A DNA stretch of 63,991 nt, the filler included, from Barthelona sp. PAP020 (lineage: Eukaryota): assembly GCA_040182905.1 (NCBI GenBank). It is 14 parts of 14 records of this genome, joined end to end, with 100 filler letters (N's around TTAATTAATTAA, not from the genome) between each part and the next. Parts side by side here need not be neighbours in the genome. Positions count along the whole stretch, not along the records: positions 42,776 to 47,364 come from JARQWU010000662.1; positions 47,465 to 51,947 come from JARQWU010000664.1; positions 52,048 to 56,529 come from JARQWU010000665.1; 11 more parts are not named here. The stretch is one strand, 5' to 3'. The stretch's first letter is position 1, and each line of letters starts with the position of its first letter. Made by a program: the position numbers and the translations under genes. The notes below the pieces were generated by a model. The model was given only the letters and a program-made list of their open reading frames with translations. It searched no databases and was not told where the DNA came from. Positions 42,778 through 54,060 of this stretch are shown in pieces.

Positions 42778-45273
42778 TTGAAAAACATAAGAACACAACA
42801 GATCATTCCGGTTGATTCCATTCATATTCAACCACAATCTATTGTTGTTAATGATAATTCTGATGATACAATCCCCACAGAAAATATTAAAAATAAATGT
42901 GAGTTGTGTCACAGAATTACTACCATTTTACACAATGGAAAATGTGTTATGCATCAATCAAATCTTGATGATGTCAATTTGAATATGAATGCTCCAAGGT
43001 ATACCAGGGAAAATCTTACAACACCTGTAAGATTACAAAAATATATACCAAATAATTACGGAGCATTAAAACTTCATCGTCTTAGGTGTTTAGAAGGAAT
43101 TCTTTTTGGTGCTGAAAGTCTTTTAGCAATACCTAGATTATATTTTCATAGTGTACAAGATAGAATAACTACAGTTCATCGTTTAGAATTACCTATTCAT
43201 GAAACTGTCTTGTGTCATGATCAAACAATATTATCTAGTAAAAATATTAATATCACTAAACTTATTGATAGTGGTGAATTTAAAATTGCTGCTCAATGTT
43301 TACGATCAACAGGTATTGAATCTGATCGAGATATTATTCAAGCTGAAATGGAAAGATTATTTCCAAAATATAATAATTTAGCACCAAAGCAAGAATTAAC
43401 TTTACAAGAAATTGCAATGATTCCTGTTGAATCAACGGAAGTTCTTCGAGCTTTGAAAAGCATTAGAAGTAAAACTACAACTGATATTTATGGTTGGAAT
43501 GTTCATATGCTTGAAAATGCAATAATTTCAAAGAAATTTACAAAACTTTTTACTACGCTAATTAATGATATTTTGCTAGGAAAGTTAAATTTCAATGAAT
43601 CAAAGCTCATATGTTTGAAGAAAAAGAAAGGGGTGAGACCAATAGTAATTGGCTCTCTTTTTATGAAAATAGCAGAAAAAGTAATCTTTGCTAGAATCGG
43701 TCCATCACTTGGAAAATACGTTAATAAATACCAATATGGTGTTTCAATCCGTAATGGCTGTTCTGCAATTGCTCATAACATAAGGAGGCAGTTGGATAAA
43801 GGTAATCTAGTATTTTCAATAGATTTTGCTAATGCCTTTAATACAATCAATATAGCTGCTTGTCTTGATGATAAACCTGAATTAAGACCTTATGTTAACT
43901 ATTTTCATACTGTTGTTACCTCAAATATTACTGCTATCTCTCCTTCTGGAAATTATGAGATGGTAAGAGGTGTACCACAGGGAGGCGTCTTGAGTCCTAT
44001 ACTATTTTGTTTAGGTATTCATAAAGGATTAGAATCACTTCAAAAGAATTATCCAAATGCTAAAATTTATGCTTATTTGGATGATATCTATCTATCCTTT
44101 GAAAAAGATAATATTCCTCCAAAAGATCAACTCCTTACTGTGATTAAAAGATGTTTTCAATATTCACATTTACAACTCAATGAAGATAAATGTGATTTCA
44201 TTATTGATACATCAAAAGTTTTAGGTATTCCACTTTCTTATAGAAGTGAAGATTCTATTAACATCACAGATAATTTTCTTCAAGATATAAACTCTTTGAT
44301 GAATGTTTCATCCAAACATGGTTCTTATATTATGTTTAAGAGATACATATATCCAAAGTATCAATTCTTTTTACGTAATACTGAGTTCTGTGATTTGAAT
44401 GTTAACATTATGAATCAAAAGTTTATTACATTTATGGATTGGCTTGGGATCCCAAGAAAGTATCAATGTCCAACATCACTTGGTGGTTGTGGATTACTTT
44501 CACCTGGATTAATTTCTAGATTGGGAAGAAAATCCCTACTTTTTGATATGTATACAGATCATTTGATTAATAAATCAAAAGAAGTAAAATCTGCTATACA
44601 AATGGTAAATACTTATTTTAATAGATTACCATCATTCAAAAAGAAACATGCCAACATCTTTCGTTTCACCAATGATGATATTCAAGGTGGTACACAACGA
44701 AAGTTGTCTCTCTTACACTTCACTGATATAGAAGTTCCAGGGAGATCCAAACATAGTTTGATAGGTAGTTTACAAAATCCACCTGCGGGATCACAACCAC
44801 TATCAAACTCTTCTTTCTCTTTGATGTTCAATAGAGAGATTCCCACCGTACCAAACAATCATGGGTACGTTAAAGGAATTCGAAATCAGAGACATAATCA
44901 AATATGTCATCATATTTGTTCTCTGAGTAGAATTGCCGGTTTAAAAGTTTTCCCAAGTGAACCTCTTGGTGCAAACAGACGTGGAGATCTCTTATTGACT
45001 GACCCACTTCATGGATCAAAGATTTTTGATGTTACTATTGTGGATCAGGTCAAAGTTGGCCGACAGAGAAAGAAACGGCAGGATCCATCTGTTATTCCTT
45101 TGGTATTCTCTGAACATGGTGATCTAAGTTCAGAAGTAGTCGAATTATTTCAACTCATAACCAGTAAACTCGACTCTTTTGTTCTCAGCCACATGTTTAG
45201 GAAGACAAAGTACCTGATGGCCTCCGTTTTGTTCTCATGTCTGGCCAAACTCAATACAGAGCAACAATTTTGA
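42778..45273 (+). CDS. C-terminal part of the retroelement ORF: reverse transcriptase plus restriction-like endonuclease
   Basis: VRPIVIG, QYGV..GCSAIAH, DFANAFNTI, RGVPQGGVLSPILF, YLDD, LGIP, LGGCGL, RHNQI, RRGDLL...FDVTI. Confidence 0.92.
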   Translation: MKNIRTQQIIPVDSIHIQPQSIVVNDNSDDTIPTENIKNKCELCHRITTILHNGKCVMHQSNLDDVNLNMNAPRYTRENLTTPVRLQKYIPNNYGALKLHRLRCLEGILFGAESLLAIPRLYFHSVQDRITTVHRLELPIHETVLCHDQTILSSKNINITKLIDSGEFKIAAQCLRSTGIESDRDIIQAEMERLFPKYNNLAPKQELTLQEIAMIPVESTEVLRALKSIRSKTTTDIYGWNVHMLENAIISKKFTKLFTTLINDILLGKLNFNESKLICLKKKKGVRPIVIGSLFMKIAEKVIFARIGPSLGKYVNKYQYGVSIRNGCSAIAHNIRRQLDKGNLVFSIDFANAFNTINIAACLDDKPELRPYVNYFHTVVTSNITAISPSGNYEMVRGVPQGGVLSPILFCLGIHKGLESLQKNYPNAKIYAYLDDIYLSFEKDNIPPKDQLLTVIKRCFQYSHLQLNEDKCDFIIDTSKVLGIPLSYRSEDSINITDNFLQDINSLMNVSSKHGSYIMFKRYIYPKYQFFLRNTEFCDLNVNIMNQKFITFMDWLGIPRKYQCPTSLGGCGLLSPGLISRLGRKSLLFDMYTDHLINKSKEVKSAIQMVNTYFNRLPSFKKKHANIFRFTNDDIQGGTQRKLSLLHFTDIEVPGRSKHSLIGSLQNPPAGSQPLSNSSFSLMFNREIPTVPNNHGYVKGIRNQRHNQICHHICSLSRIAGLKVFPSEPLGANRRGDLLLTDPLHGSKIFDVTIVDQVKVGRQRKKRQDPSVIPLVFSEHGDLSSEVVELFQLITSKLDSFVLSHMFRKTKYLMASVLFSCLAKLNTEQQF

Positions 45274-45364
45274 TGTAATTTTCCCAGAAAAGTCCCAGTA
45301 TGACTGTAAAAGAGTCTAGTAAATATCTAAAATAGCCCTAGTAGTAGCCTGAGTCTTCTTTTTT

Positions 45365-47364
45365 ATGAGTAGCCCTGATGCTAACAAGCCTTATGACCAA
45401 TGTAAGCAACACATGAGTGTTAATGAAGCTTCATTGACTCATAATAATGAACATACGAAAGAAAAGACAACCAATGCTTCCAAAACAACAGGAAGTCCAA
45501 GAATATTGTCTCCAAATGCTTTAATGGATCTCAGAGATTCACTTATGAATCAAAAAGTTCCATGCACAGTAAAAAATCCTCAGATTGCCGTCACTATGAA
45601 TTATAAAAATAATGGGCGACAATCATTACCTAAGAGAATTTTTACTAAACGAATGCAAACAAAGCACAAGCCAATATCTCTCACCAAAGTGAATAATATA
45701 ACTGAGAATTCCAAGAATCTTTATCCAACAACTATAAAGGATTCTAGAATCCAACAATTTCACTCAAAGAGACTTCATGAAAATAAATTAAATAAAAATA
45801 AATTAAATAAATTATTAATGAAGAATCAAAGTGGTGATGCTTCAAAAAGTTCTGCTCAAAACATTACAGGGAAGAATGATAATATTGTGGAAAGACCACA
45901 TACATCAGAGGACAATCCAACAAAGGTAATTGAGAAACATGTTGATGAGAGGACTGATAGTCTTGATATTGTTGAACTTAATAACAATTCTATCACTACC
46001 TATTCCAACGCAGAATTGATTAATATCACCCATCCAATGCAAGAAGATACAAAAATTACTTCAACATTGGATAATGCAAATGATAATGTGAGAGAAAGGA
46101 TGTCTAGCAAAATAACAAATTGTACTAGCTCTTCGCAAATAACTTCTTCTGAACCTGATATGCATAAAATATCAAGAGAGCGGACAAGTGGAGCTTTTGA
46201 TAAAAAATCTGCTACAGTTAATAACAAAAATAGTGTTTCACTAAGTGATTCTTTTGAAAAAGGTTTCACTTTTAACTATGCAGTAAGCTCCAACAGTGAT
46301 GGTGAATATATGAAAATATATTCACCCATTTCATCAAGTACTTCAATACAAAATGATGAATTGTCTGTTTCGTCATCTTATTTATATGAATCAACCAACT
46401 CAGAAGATAGTAATACTATTTGTGATAAAAACACTTCATCAATACAAACAACAAGTATACATGAAAACATTTCATATATAGAAATTGATGAGCAAAAGTG
46501 GAGTGAAGTACTAGAAGAGAATAATGCGGATTCAGATATATCAAATTGGAATCCAAGTGAAAACTCTATTTGTACAAGCAATAAAGACAATCCAACACCT
46601 GATGAAAATCCAAATGATCTAGAAAATAGTGAAGAAATGCTATCATCTTCAGAATCTGATAGTAATTCAAGTTCCTTTCAACTAGTAAAAGAAGTTACGG
46701 GAGAGTTAGTAAATAGTTCATATTTTGCTGACCATAAATCTTCCTCAAATGATATAAATCATTCTGAACAAATCAATAATGATGGTTTAGAAGCTACAAC
46801 ATCTACTTTATCAACTTCAACTGTTCAAACTGAAGTTGAAATTAACCCTGCTTCTGAACATATTGATGTTACAGATAATTTACCAATTATGCGAACTCAT
46901 CTTAACCCAAATATTAAGAAACTCGATTTTATGTTGAGATTTAAAGTTAATTTAGGGGATCGTAAATCTTTAGATTTAAAAATTGGTAACACTGAACAAA
47001 ATGTCATTCACTTCTATGTTGAACGTAATATTTCTTTCACTTCTTTCAAACAATTAGTTCTTTCTTATGATCAATATATCAATATTGATTATTTACCTTC
47101 TGACAATGATTTTTATATGGGAAAAAATACAAGTACAAAAGAATCAAATTATCTTCCTATTATTAATGAGATAGAATTTAATTCAATGATTAATGCTTGT
47201 ATTACATATAAAAAATCAAGTCAAAAAATTGTTAGACTGTGTGAATTGAAAAACATAAGAACACAACAGATCATTCCGGTTGATTCCATTCATATTCAAC
47301 CACAATCTATTGTTGTTAATGATAATTCTGATGATACAATCCCCACAGAAAATATTAAAAATAA
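45365..47364 (+). CDS. N-terminal part of the same retroelement ORF
   Basis: After 627 codons it reads LKNIRTQQIIPVDS..., identical to and in frame with the start of 42778-45273. Confidence 0.85.
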
Positions 47365-47780
47365 NNNNNNNNNNNNNNNNNNNNNNNNNNNNNNNNNNNN
47401 NNNNNNNNTTAATTAATTAANNNNNNNNNNNNNNNNNNNNNNNNNNNNNNNNNNNNNNNNNNNNAATATTGAAACCTATAAAGAAAATCCACAAAAATTA
47501 CTTTTTTTTTTCGCTTGAATTTGTTTGATTTTGGTTTTTTTTTTTGTTATTTTATTCTTTATAAATCAAAACATTAAAAATTTTTCAAAAGAGGTTTTTT
47601 TTAAAAAAACGTTATTAAACAGTAGTTAGTGACATAAAAGACAGGAAAATATCTTTTTAATATCTTTATTAGTGACTAATGCCATATTTTGAGAGTATTT
47701 GAAGAAGATTGCAATGTGGTCACTCATTAAATTGAATTAACTTTTTTTTTTTTCTTCAAAACTAAGACTTTTGTTATATA

Positions 47781-49008
47781 ATGGTCCCCACAGTGTATTT
47801 ATTTATGGTATGAATATGAACTAACAATTAGAGTTGGAGACAAATATCGTGTTGGCAAACGAATTGGTCAAGGAGCCTTTGGAGACATTCATTTAGGTTA
47901 TAATATGGTAACTGCAGAAGAGGTTGCTATAAAGTTTGAACCAATTCGAACAGCACACCCTCAATTAATATATGAATCAAAATTATATAGATTATTGGCT
48001 GGTGGAATTGGAATTCCCCATATACGTTGGTATGGTATTGAATCAGATTATAATGTTCTTGTTATTGAATTGTTAGGTCCTTCACTTGAAGATTTGTTCA
48101 ATGTATGTCATCGCAGATTTTCTTTAAAAACTGTTTTAATGTTGGCTGATCAAATGATTTCACGTGTTCAGTATGTTCATGCCAGAAATTTTTTGCATCG
48201 TGATATTAAGCCTGACAATTTTTTGATGGGAACTGCGTCTCGTTCAAATCTTGTATATCTTATTGATTTTGGACTTGCTAAGAAGTATAGGGATCATCGT
48301 GGAATGCATATTCCATTTAGAGATCATAAAAGTTTGACAGGTACAGCTAGATACGCTAGTTTGAATACTCATAATGGTATTGAACAATCCAGAAGAGACG
48401 ATTTAGAATGTTTGGCATATGTGCTTATTTATTTCTTACGAGGTGCCCTTCCTTGGCAAAATATTCGAGCAACCACAAAGAAAGAAAAATATGACAAGAT
48501 TGCAGATCGAAAAACCCACACCAGAGTTGAAGTGTTGTGTCGTGGTTATCCTGTCGAGTTTATTATTTATCTAAATTATGTACGAACGTTGCGTTTTGAT
48601 GATAGGCCTGATTATTCCTACCTGAGAAAATTATTCCGTGATTTGTTTAACAGGGAAGGATATCATTTTGATTATCTGTTTGATTGGTCTTATCTTAGGA
48701 CTGATGGAAGTCGTCGTCACAATTCACCAGGCCCAAACATGAGCATTGAGCAGACTGATCAATCTCAAAAGAAGAGGCATTCGACACGCGTTGAGCAATT
48801 TTTGGCTGAATTGGAGAAAAACAAGAATTCAAAGAACGTCGATGAAAAATCAAAAGTTGATGTCACTAATGACGTTGCAAATTCCAGCCGCATTAAAAAG
48901 AAAGATCCAAAACAGCAAACACAAAATGCAATTGAAAACACTAGACAAATGATTCGTAGAATGCACAATCAAACGTATTCCAGGGATAGTCGTAACACTA
49001 CCGGTTAA
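47781..49008 (+). CDS. CK1: Casein kinase 1 (intron 47795-47831)
   Basis: Spliced [63 protein letters not shown]. Intron GTATTT...ACTAACAATTAG, 37 nt. Confidence 0.95.
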
Positions 49009-49599
49009 GCTTTATGGCAGTTTTTTTGAAAAATAATTTTATTTTAAGATTTTGAACATCTTTTTCAATATTTTTTTTCTATATTTTGATTTTTGTATAA
49101 ATACTTACCTAATTGTTTTCTTTTTAAACAAATTATTTGTTGATAAACGATAAATTATGAAGATTAACTTTTGTTGATTTTTTTTTTTTTTTAACACAAG
49201 CTAAATCTGTTGCCTTTCATAAATTTCAATCTTTACTACTCTTTAAAAGTAAATTACACATTTAATAAAGTGAATAAGATATTCTTTGATATTCAGCAGG
49301 AGAAAAATATTATTTGAATGAAATTCTCATTTTTCCTTAGTTATTTGTCTTTTATTAAAGGATTGAAAGCTTTTTAAGTCAAATTTTACAAGTTTAACTG
49401 AGGAGTTTTAAAAAACTTTTGTCAATGGTCATTGGAACATTTTTCAATTCAATATTTTTATCATTTCAATCTTATGATGTAGAATTATTATAATTGTTGG
49501 GAATACTTTTTTTTTAGCTTTTTAAAAATGTTTTGATATTTCCTAGCTGTTTTCAATTTTCTTTTGTTTTAATTTTTTGTTTTATTAACAGTTATTTGT

Positions 49600-50040
49600 A
49601 TGATTAATATCAACTTTAGACCAATCACTAAAGATGATATGGCTGTTTTGCCAATTTTGAATCAATTGACAAAAGTAGGTAATGTTACACCAACAATGTT
49701 TGCTGATCAAATTCATTTTGTCGATACAAATCCAAATCATTTTATTATTGTTGGAGAAATAGAAGACCTTGGAAAAAAGAAAATTGTGTGTGTTGGGACA
49801 GTATTTATTGAATTTAAGTTGATTCATGAATGTGGCAGAGTGGGTCATATTGAAGATATTGTTGTAGATGAGGTATTTCGTGGTAAAGATTATGGTTTAT
49901 ATTTGATTGAACATTTGATGACAATTGCCCGAAATAATGGTTGTTATAAAGTCATTTTAGACTGTGCTGATGATTGTATTTCATTTTATGAAAAGTGTGG
50001 ATTGTCATACCATGAGAATCAAATGGCATGTTATTTTTGA
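49600..50040 (+). CDS. GNA1: Glucosamine-6-phosphate N-acetyltransferase
   Basis: LNQLT, EFKLIH..G.VGHIEDIVV..RGK, GCYKVILDC, FYEKCG. Confidence 0.92.
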   Translation: MININFRPITKDDMAVLPILNQLTKVGNVTPTMFADQIHFVDTNPNHFIIVGEIEDLGKKKIVCVGTVFIEFKLIHECGRVGHIEDIVVDEVFRGKDYGLYLIEHLMTIARNNGCYKVILDCADDCISFYEKCGLSYHENQMACYF

Positions 50041-50170
50041 TTGTTCATTCTTCTTTTTTTTTTTAGATTGGCGATTATGCCTGTCATATTATATCATTTG
50101 TTTTTGTTAATTTTATCTGTTGTAAATTTTTTTTTTTGATTTTTGTTTTTGAAGGTGGGAAAAATGTTAA

Positions 50171-50947
50171 ATGTCTTTAAAAAAGGAACCTGTTTTCGAA
50201 TTAAACACTGTTGATGAAATACCGTTGAAGATCCCTTTTGAATGGAAAAGAATTTTGGAAGGCATTACAAAAATGAGAAACAGCCAAAATTATAGGGCTC
50301 CAATTGATTTTATTGGTCCACATTGCTTAATTGATGAAAATGCAAATGAAAAAGATCAAAGATTTCAATTATTATTGGCATTTATTTTAAGTTCTCAAAC
50401 TAAGGATGATAAAACAGCGGTAGCTATGTCAAAATTACACGAAATTAGTTGTAATTTATTAAACATTCATATTCTTGAAGCTCAACAATTGAATGAGAAG
50501 ATTTCCATGGTTCGATTTCATAATCGTAAAACTATTCATATAAAACAAACATGTAAAATCTTAATTTCAAGGTTTGATGGAGATATTCCCAGAACAATAG
50601 ATGAATTGAAAGAATTACCTGGCGTTGGAGAAAAAATTGCTCAGTCTATTCTACAATTTGCTTGGAATGAATGTGTTGGAATACTAGTTAATAAGCATGT
50701 ACATAGAGTATCAAATCGGTTGTCTTTTGCAAATAGCCATTCTATTTCTGAAACAAAAAAGCAATTGGAAAGTTGCTTGCCGAAAAACTGTTGGACTTTG
50801 GTCAGTTCTTTGTTTGTAGGGTTCGGACAAACTGTTTGTAAGCCTTCAAATCCAAATTGTGGAAAATGTTTGATTCATTGTTTTTGTAAAGAGGCAAAAA
50901 AAAGTTTTGATGATATTGAAAACATTGAAGTAACAGTACAAATATGA
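50171..50947 (+). CDS. NTHL1: Endonuclease III-like HhH-GPD protein with 4Fe-4S motif
   Basis: RFQLL...LSSQTKD, LPGVGEKIA, HVHRVSNRL, VGFGQTVC, C-X6-C-X2-C-X5-C. Confidence 0.88.
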   Translation: MSLKKEPVFELNTVDEIPLKIPFEWKRILEGITKMRNSQNYRAPIDFIGPHCLIDENANEKDQRFQLLLAFILSSQTKDDKTAVAMSKLHEISCNLLNIHILEAQQLNEKISMVRFHNRKTIHIKQTCKILISRFDGDIPRTIDELKELPGVGEKIAQSILQFAWNECVGILVNKHVHRVSNRLSFANSHSISETKKQLESCLPKNCWTLVSSLFVGFGQTVCKPSNPNCGKCLIHCFCKEAKKSFDDIENIEVTVQI

Positions 50948-51068
50948 ATATCAGTACAAATATAAATATGTTCTCTACTGATGTTATTTTTGTTTTATTT
51001 GTGTTTTGATGACTTTATAAATTTTTGAGTTTTTTTTTTTTTGAATTGACCTTGTTGTTGTTCGTTTA

Positions 51069-51308
51069 ATGAGTTTAGAAATTTCTACAGATGAAATTAA
51101 ATTGTTATTTGAATCAATTGGAAATAAAATGAATGTTGGTACATCAGTTTCAACCCCTGCTGCAAATTTAACCACGAAGCATTTGGAATTGTTGATAAAA
51201 TCGTTGATAGAAAAAGCCTCCATTTTGGCTTCTGAAGATAATTCTTCCTTTGTTTCTGCGGCTCATGTGAAAAGATGTATTCCATCTGTGTTTATGGAAT
51301 TTTTGTAG
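51069..51308 (+). CDS. Small histone-fold protein, CENP-X/MHF2-like
   Basis: 79 aa, helical; the C-terminal HVKRCIPSVFMEF resembles CENP-X LEKILPQLLLDF. Confidence 0.55.
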   Translation: MSLEISTDEIKLLFESIGNKMNVGTSVSTPAANLTTKHLELLIKSLIEKASILASEDNSSFVSAAHVKRCIPSVFMEFL

Positions 51309-51679
51309 TTTTTATTTGATATTTGTCGATTAATATATTATTTATTATTGTGTTTTTATCATCAATTTTTATTTGCATTTTTGTTGATGAACATTCCATT
51401 TCTTATATAAAATTTTTTGTTATTTGCTGTTCTTTTTTGTTATTTTTTTCTTGAGAAATAAGTGAATGTATTGTTGGTTTAAATTTACAAAGAACAAAAT
51501 CATGGAAGAAAACTAAACTGTGAACATGAATTTTTGAAATATTTCCATTAAAGTTCAGAAAGAATGAATGGGATACTGTTTTGGGGGTGATTTGATTGCA
51601 GATAAGTTGCGATTTTTCACCGGTTGCGAAAAAGTTTGGTACAAAGAAAAAAATAAAAAGAAGGATTTATCAAAGAATT

Positions 51680-51947
51680 TTATCCAAATTTTTCCATTTC
51701 GGATTTTTTGATGAAATCCAGAAGAAGAATCAACGAGATTCTATATTTTGAAGGTTTTTCAACTTCAATCAACCTTTTTCTATTCGTTGCTTTTTCAAGG
51801 AAAACAGCTGTTGTGTCGTAGGGCTTCATTGACAAAGTAAAATCCCGATTGTCCAAAATGTAAAATTCTTTGCTTTGTTTCAATATATTTTCTCCAACTT
51901 TTATTGACAATGAGCAATAAAGCTCAGGAAGATAATGATCAATAAAA
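51680..51947 (-). CDS. C-terminal fragment of a hypothetical protein
   Basis: Open frame near the contig edge; no recognised motif. Confidence 0.35.
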
Positions 51948-52326
51948 NNNNNNNNNNNNNNNNNNNNNNNNNNNNNNNNNNNNNNNNNNNNTTAATTAAT
52001 TAANNNNNNNNNNNNNNNNNNNNNNNNNNNNNNNNNNNNNNNNNNNNACAATTAGAATTTGGAACTATTTGAATGGAATCCCTCTTTAAAATAAAATTTG
52101 GAGGATTTTGAACCTCTTCTGTAAAAATTTTTTCTTCTTTTTCTGAGCGTTCTGGTGGTTTAATTTTCTTTAAATCCTTTTTTAAAGTTTTCATAGTCTC
52201 ATTTTGGACTACCACCTGCTCATTTTTTAACAGTAATTAGTCAATTTTTTTGTCAATTCTTTCTTCTATTGACCTGAATTTATTCTTCTTCTTATTTTTG
52301 AACCATTCTCTTGGTTCCTTATATTC

Positions 52327-53300
52327 TCAAAACAATTGATGTATGCAACTTAAATTCATCAATTGATGTTTGATTGAACTTTCCCACCACTCTCCTCTTA
52401 AGAATTTTTTTAAGACAATTTTGATGTCTTCAAGTGAAGGAGAGAGATCAAAATCTTTTAAATTTAATGCTCTGAACATGTCTCCCATGAACAGAGCGAT
52501 TGGGATCATGAACACCATAATCTCCTTCTTCTTCACTAATTGTGTTTATCTCTTCTGGTAGAATATTCTTTTCAGTGTCGCTTTGCATATGCTTTTGAAA
52601 CATATCAGTTGTTACTGTTGTAGGGAAATTCCCTGATTTTGATTTTAGTTTCTCTTATCTCAGAACTCTTCTTAGTTGTCTACTTTTCCCTTGTAAACTT
52701 TTCCCTGTTCGATTCTTTAGCCTTGGACACATTCTTACCATACTGAAAGTCTCTAGCGTATAATCCGGAATATCAAAGGAAGTAGGGCATAATGTTAGAT
52801 CCGAGAATAAACCTCCGCGTGGTAGTGCATAATGCTTACCACGGGATAACATGTCTGCGGCCTTGTTCTTTGCCGATGGAATCCACATCGGAATAATTTT
52901 ACAATAATTTGTTTATTCTTTTCCAAATTCTATCTGCCGTTGTGCGCATGCCCTGATTTTTATGCTTGGCTTTCCTGAATGCACTTAATGCTGACTGATT
53001 ATCAATCAGCCAGATCCAGCAAACTGAAGTTTTTTATGATTGAAACGTTCAGAACATGTTTCTTTAAAAGAGATTTCACCGAAAATCTCCTCCAACCATT
53101 GTTGGTGGTCAAACATTTTTTTGAGAACCCTTTCTCCCGTGTATTCATCCTTGGGTTTTGATCTCTTGCTATCCTTTTTCCCTTCAGGAAGTGACTCTAA
53201 GTCTTCAGTCATCATGCTAAGTTTTGCCTGGAGGATAGCTAGGTTTTCTGTGCATAAATTAACCCTTACATGGATTGCTTCAGCTTTATCAATTTCCACA
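52327..53300 (-). mobile_element. Decayed retrotransposon relic, probably DIRS-like
   Basis: RNase H C-terminus ..ADRIWK..KIIPMWIPSAKNKAADMLSRG, interrupted by a frameshift; flanked by short broken ORFs. Confidence 0.55.
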
Positions 53301-54060
53301 ATCTATCATTTAGAAATACTTCCGGTTTAAATCGAGCGGGTATCTGAACACAAACGTGATTAAGAAGATCACAATAAATTATGTTAAGTCTTTATTTTTC
53401 ATGGTTGAGATATGGGATCAATTATTACCAACCATTTTTTCGCAGATGATTAAAGCACCCAGTGCTATTTTGATAGAATCACAATGAACTGGACAAGCGC
53501 TTTCTTGTTGACATAAAGCCTTTATTTATGCTTTTCACCCCCTTGTCTATCTTCAAATTTTTTCCCACACCTCTGTCTTATGATTTTTTTTGTTCATCTG
53601 TGGCTTCTGTCTTGACAAGAAGTAAATATTTTTCAGGTGAAATTTGCTGTTCCCTCATGTAATGGAACTGGATTATTAGAGTATGATTGTTTTAAGATAT
53701 TTATTTTAATGTATGAACCAAATTATGCAAACAAAGAAAAACTTGGCAAAAAAGATTTTTTTTATAAAAATGGTTTGGTGAAGTTTTTTTTAATTTGTGA
53801 GTGTTAAGATGAAAAAAAAAAAACTTTCAAACAATGCAGTTATATTTTTTATGCGATGTGATAATCAATAAGATATGAAAACTTTGATTATGGATTTACT
53901 AATATACTAGTGATTTCCTATTTTTTAATCTAATGGTTAATGCTTCAACGATTTATTAAAAAACATAATGATTTAATTGTTGTTTTAATGTTATTTTTCA
54001 ATTATGGGAATCAAATAGTTATAATATTTAGAGTCTTTTTATCTTTTAAAATTTCATTAA

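Larger units (their letters stand above)
42776..47364 (+). mobile_element. CRE-clade-like non-LTR retrotransposon, circularly permuted 4468-bp unit
   Basis: 42776-42896 is identical to 47244-47364 (121 bp). A single ORF runs across the junction and has RT and REL endonuclease motifs. Confidence 0.88.

Noticed and set aside
45298..45335. Intron-like GTATGA...TCTAAAATAG and a CTGATG hammerhead-like core near the retroelement junction
   Set aside because: The branch motif is CTAAA at the wrong spacing for this genome. The ribozyme core CTGANGA...GAAA and its stems are absent. No convincing SL RNA could be folded by eye.
42724..47416. Reading the retroelement as separate ORF2 and ORF1, or the 121-bp repeat as an LTR
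   Set aside because: The repeat is mid-ORF, exact and at both contig ends, which is typical of assembly k-mer overlap. The two ORFs join in frame.
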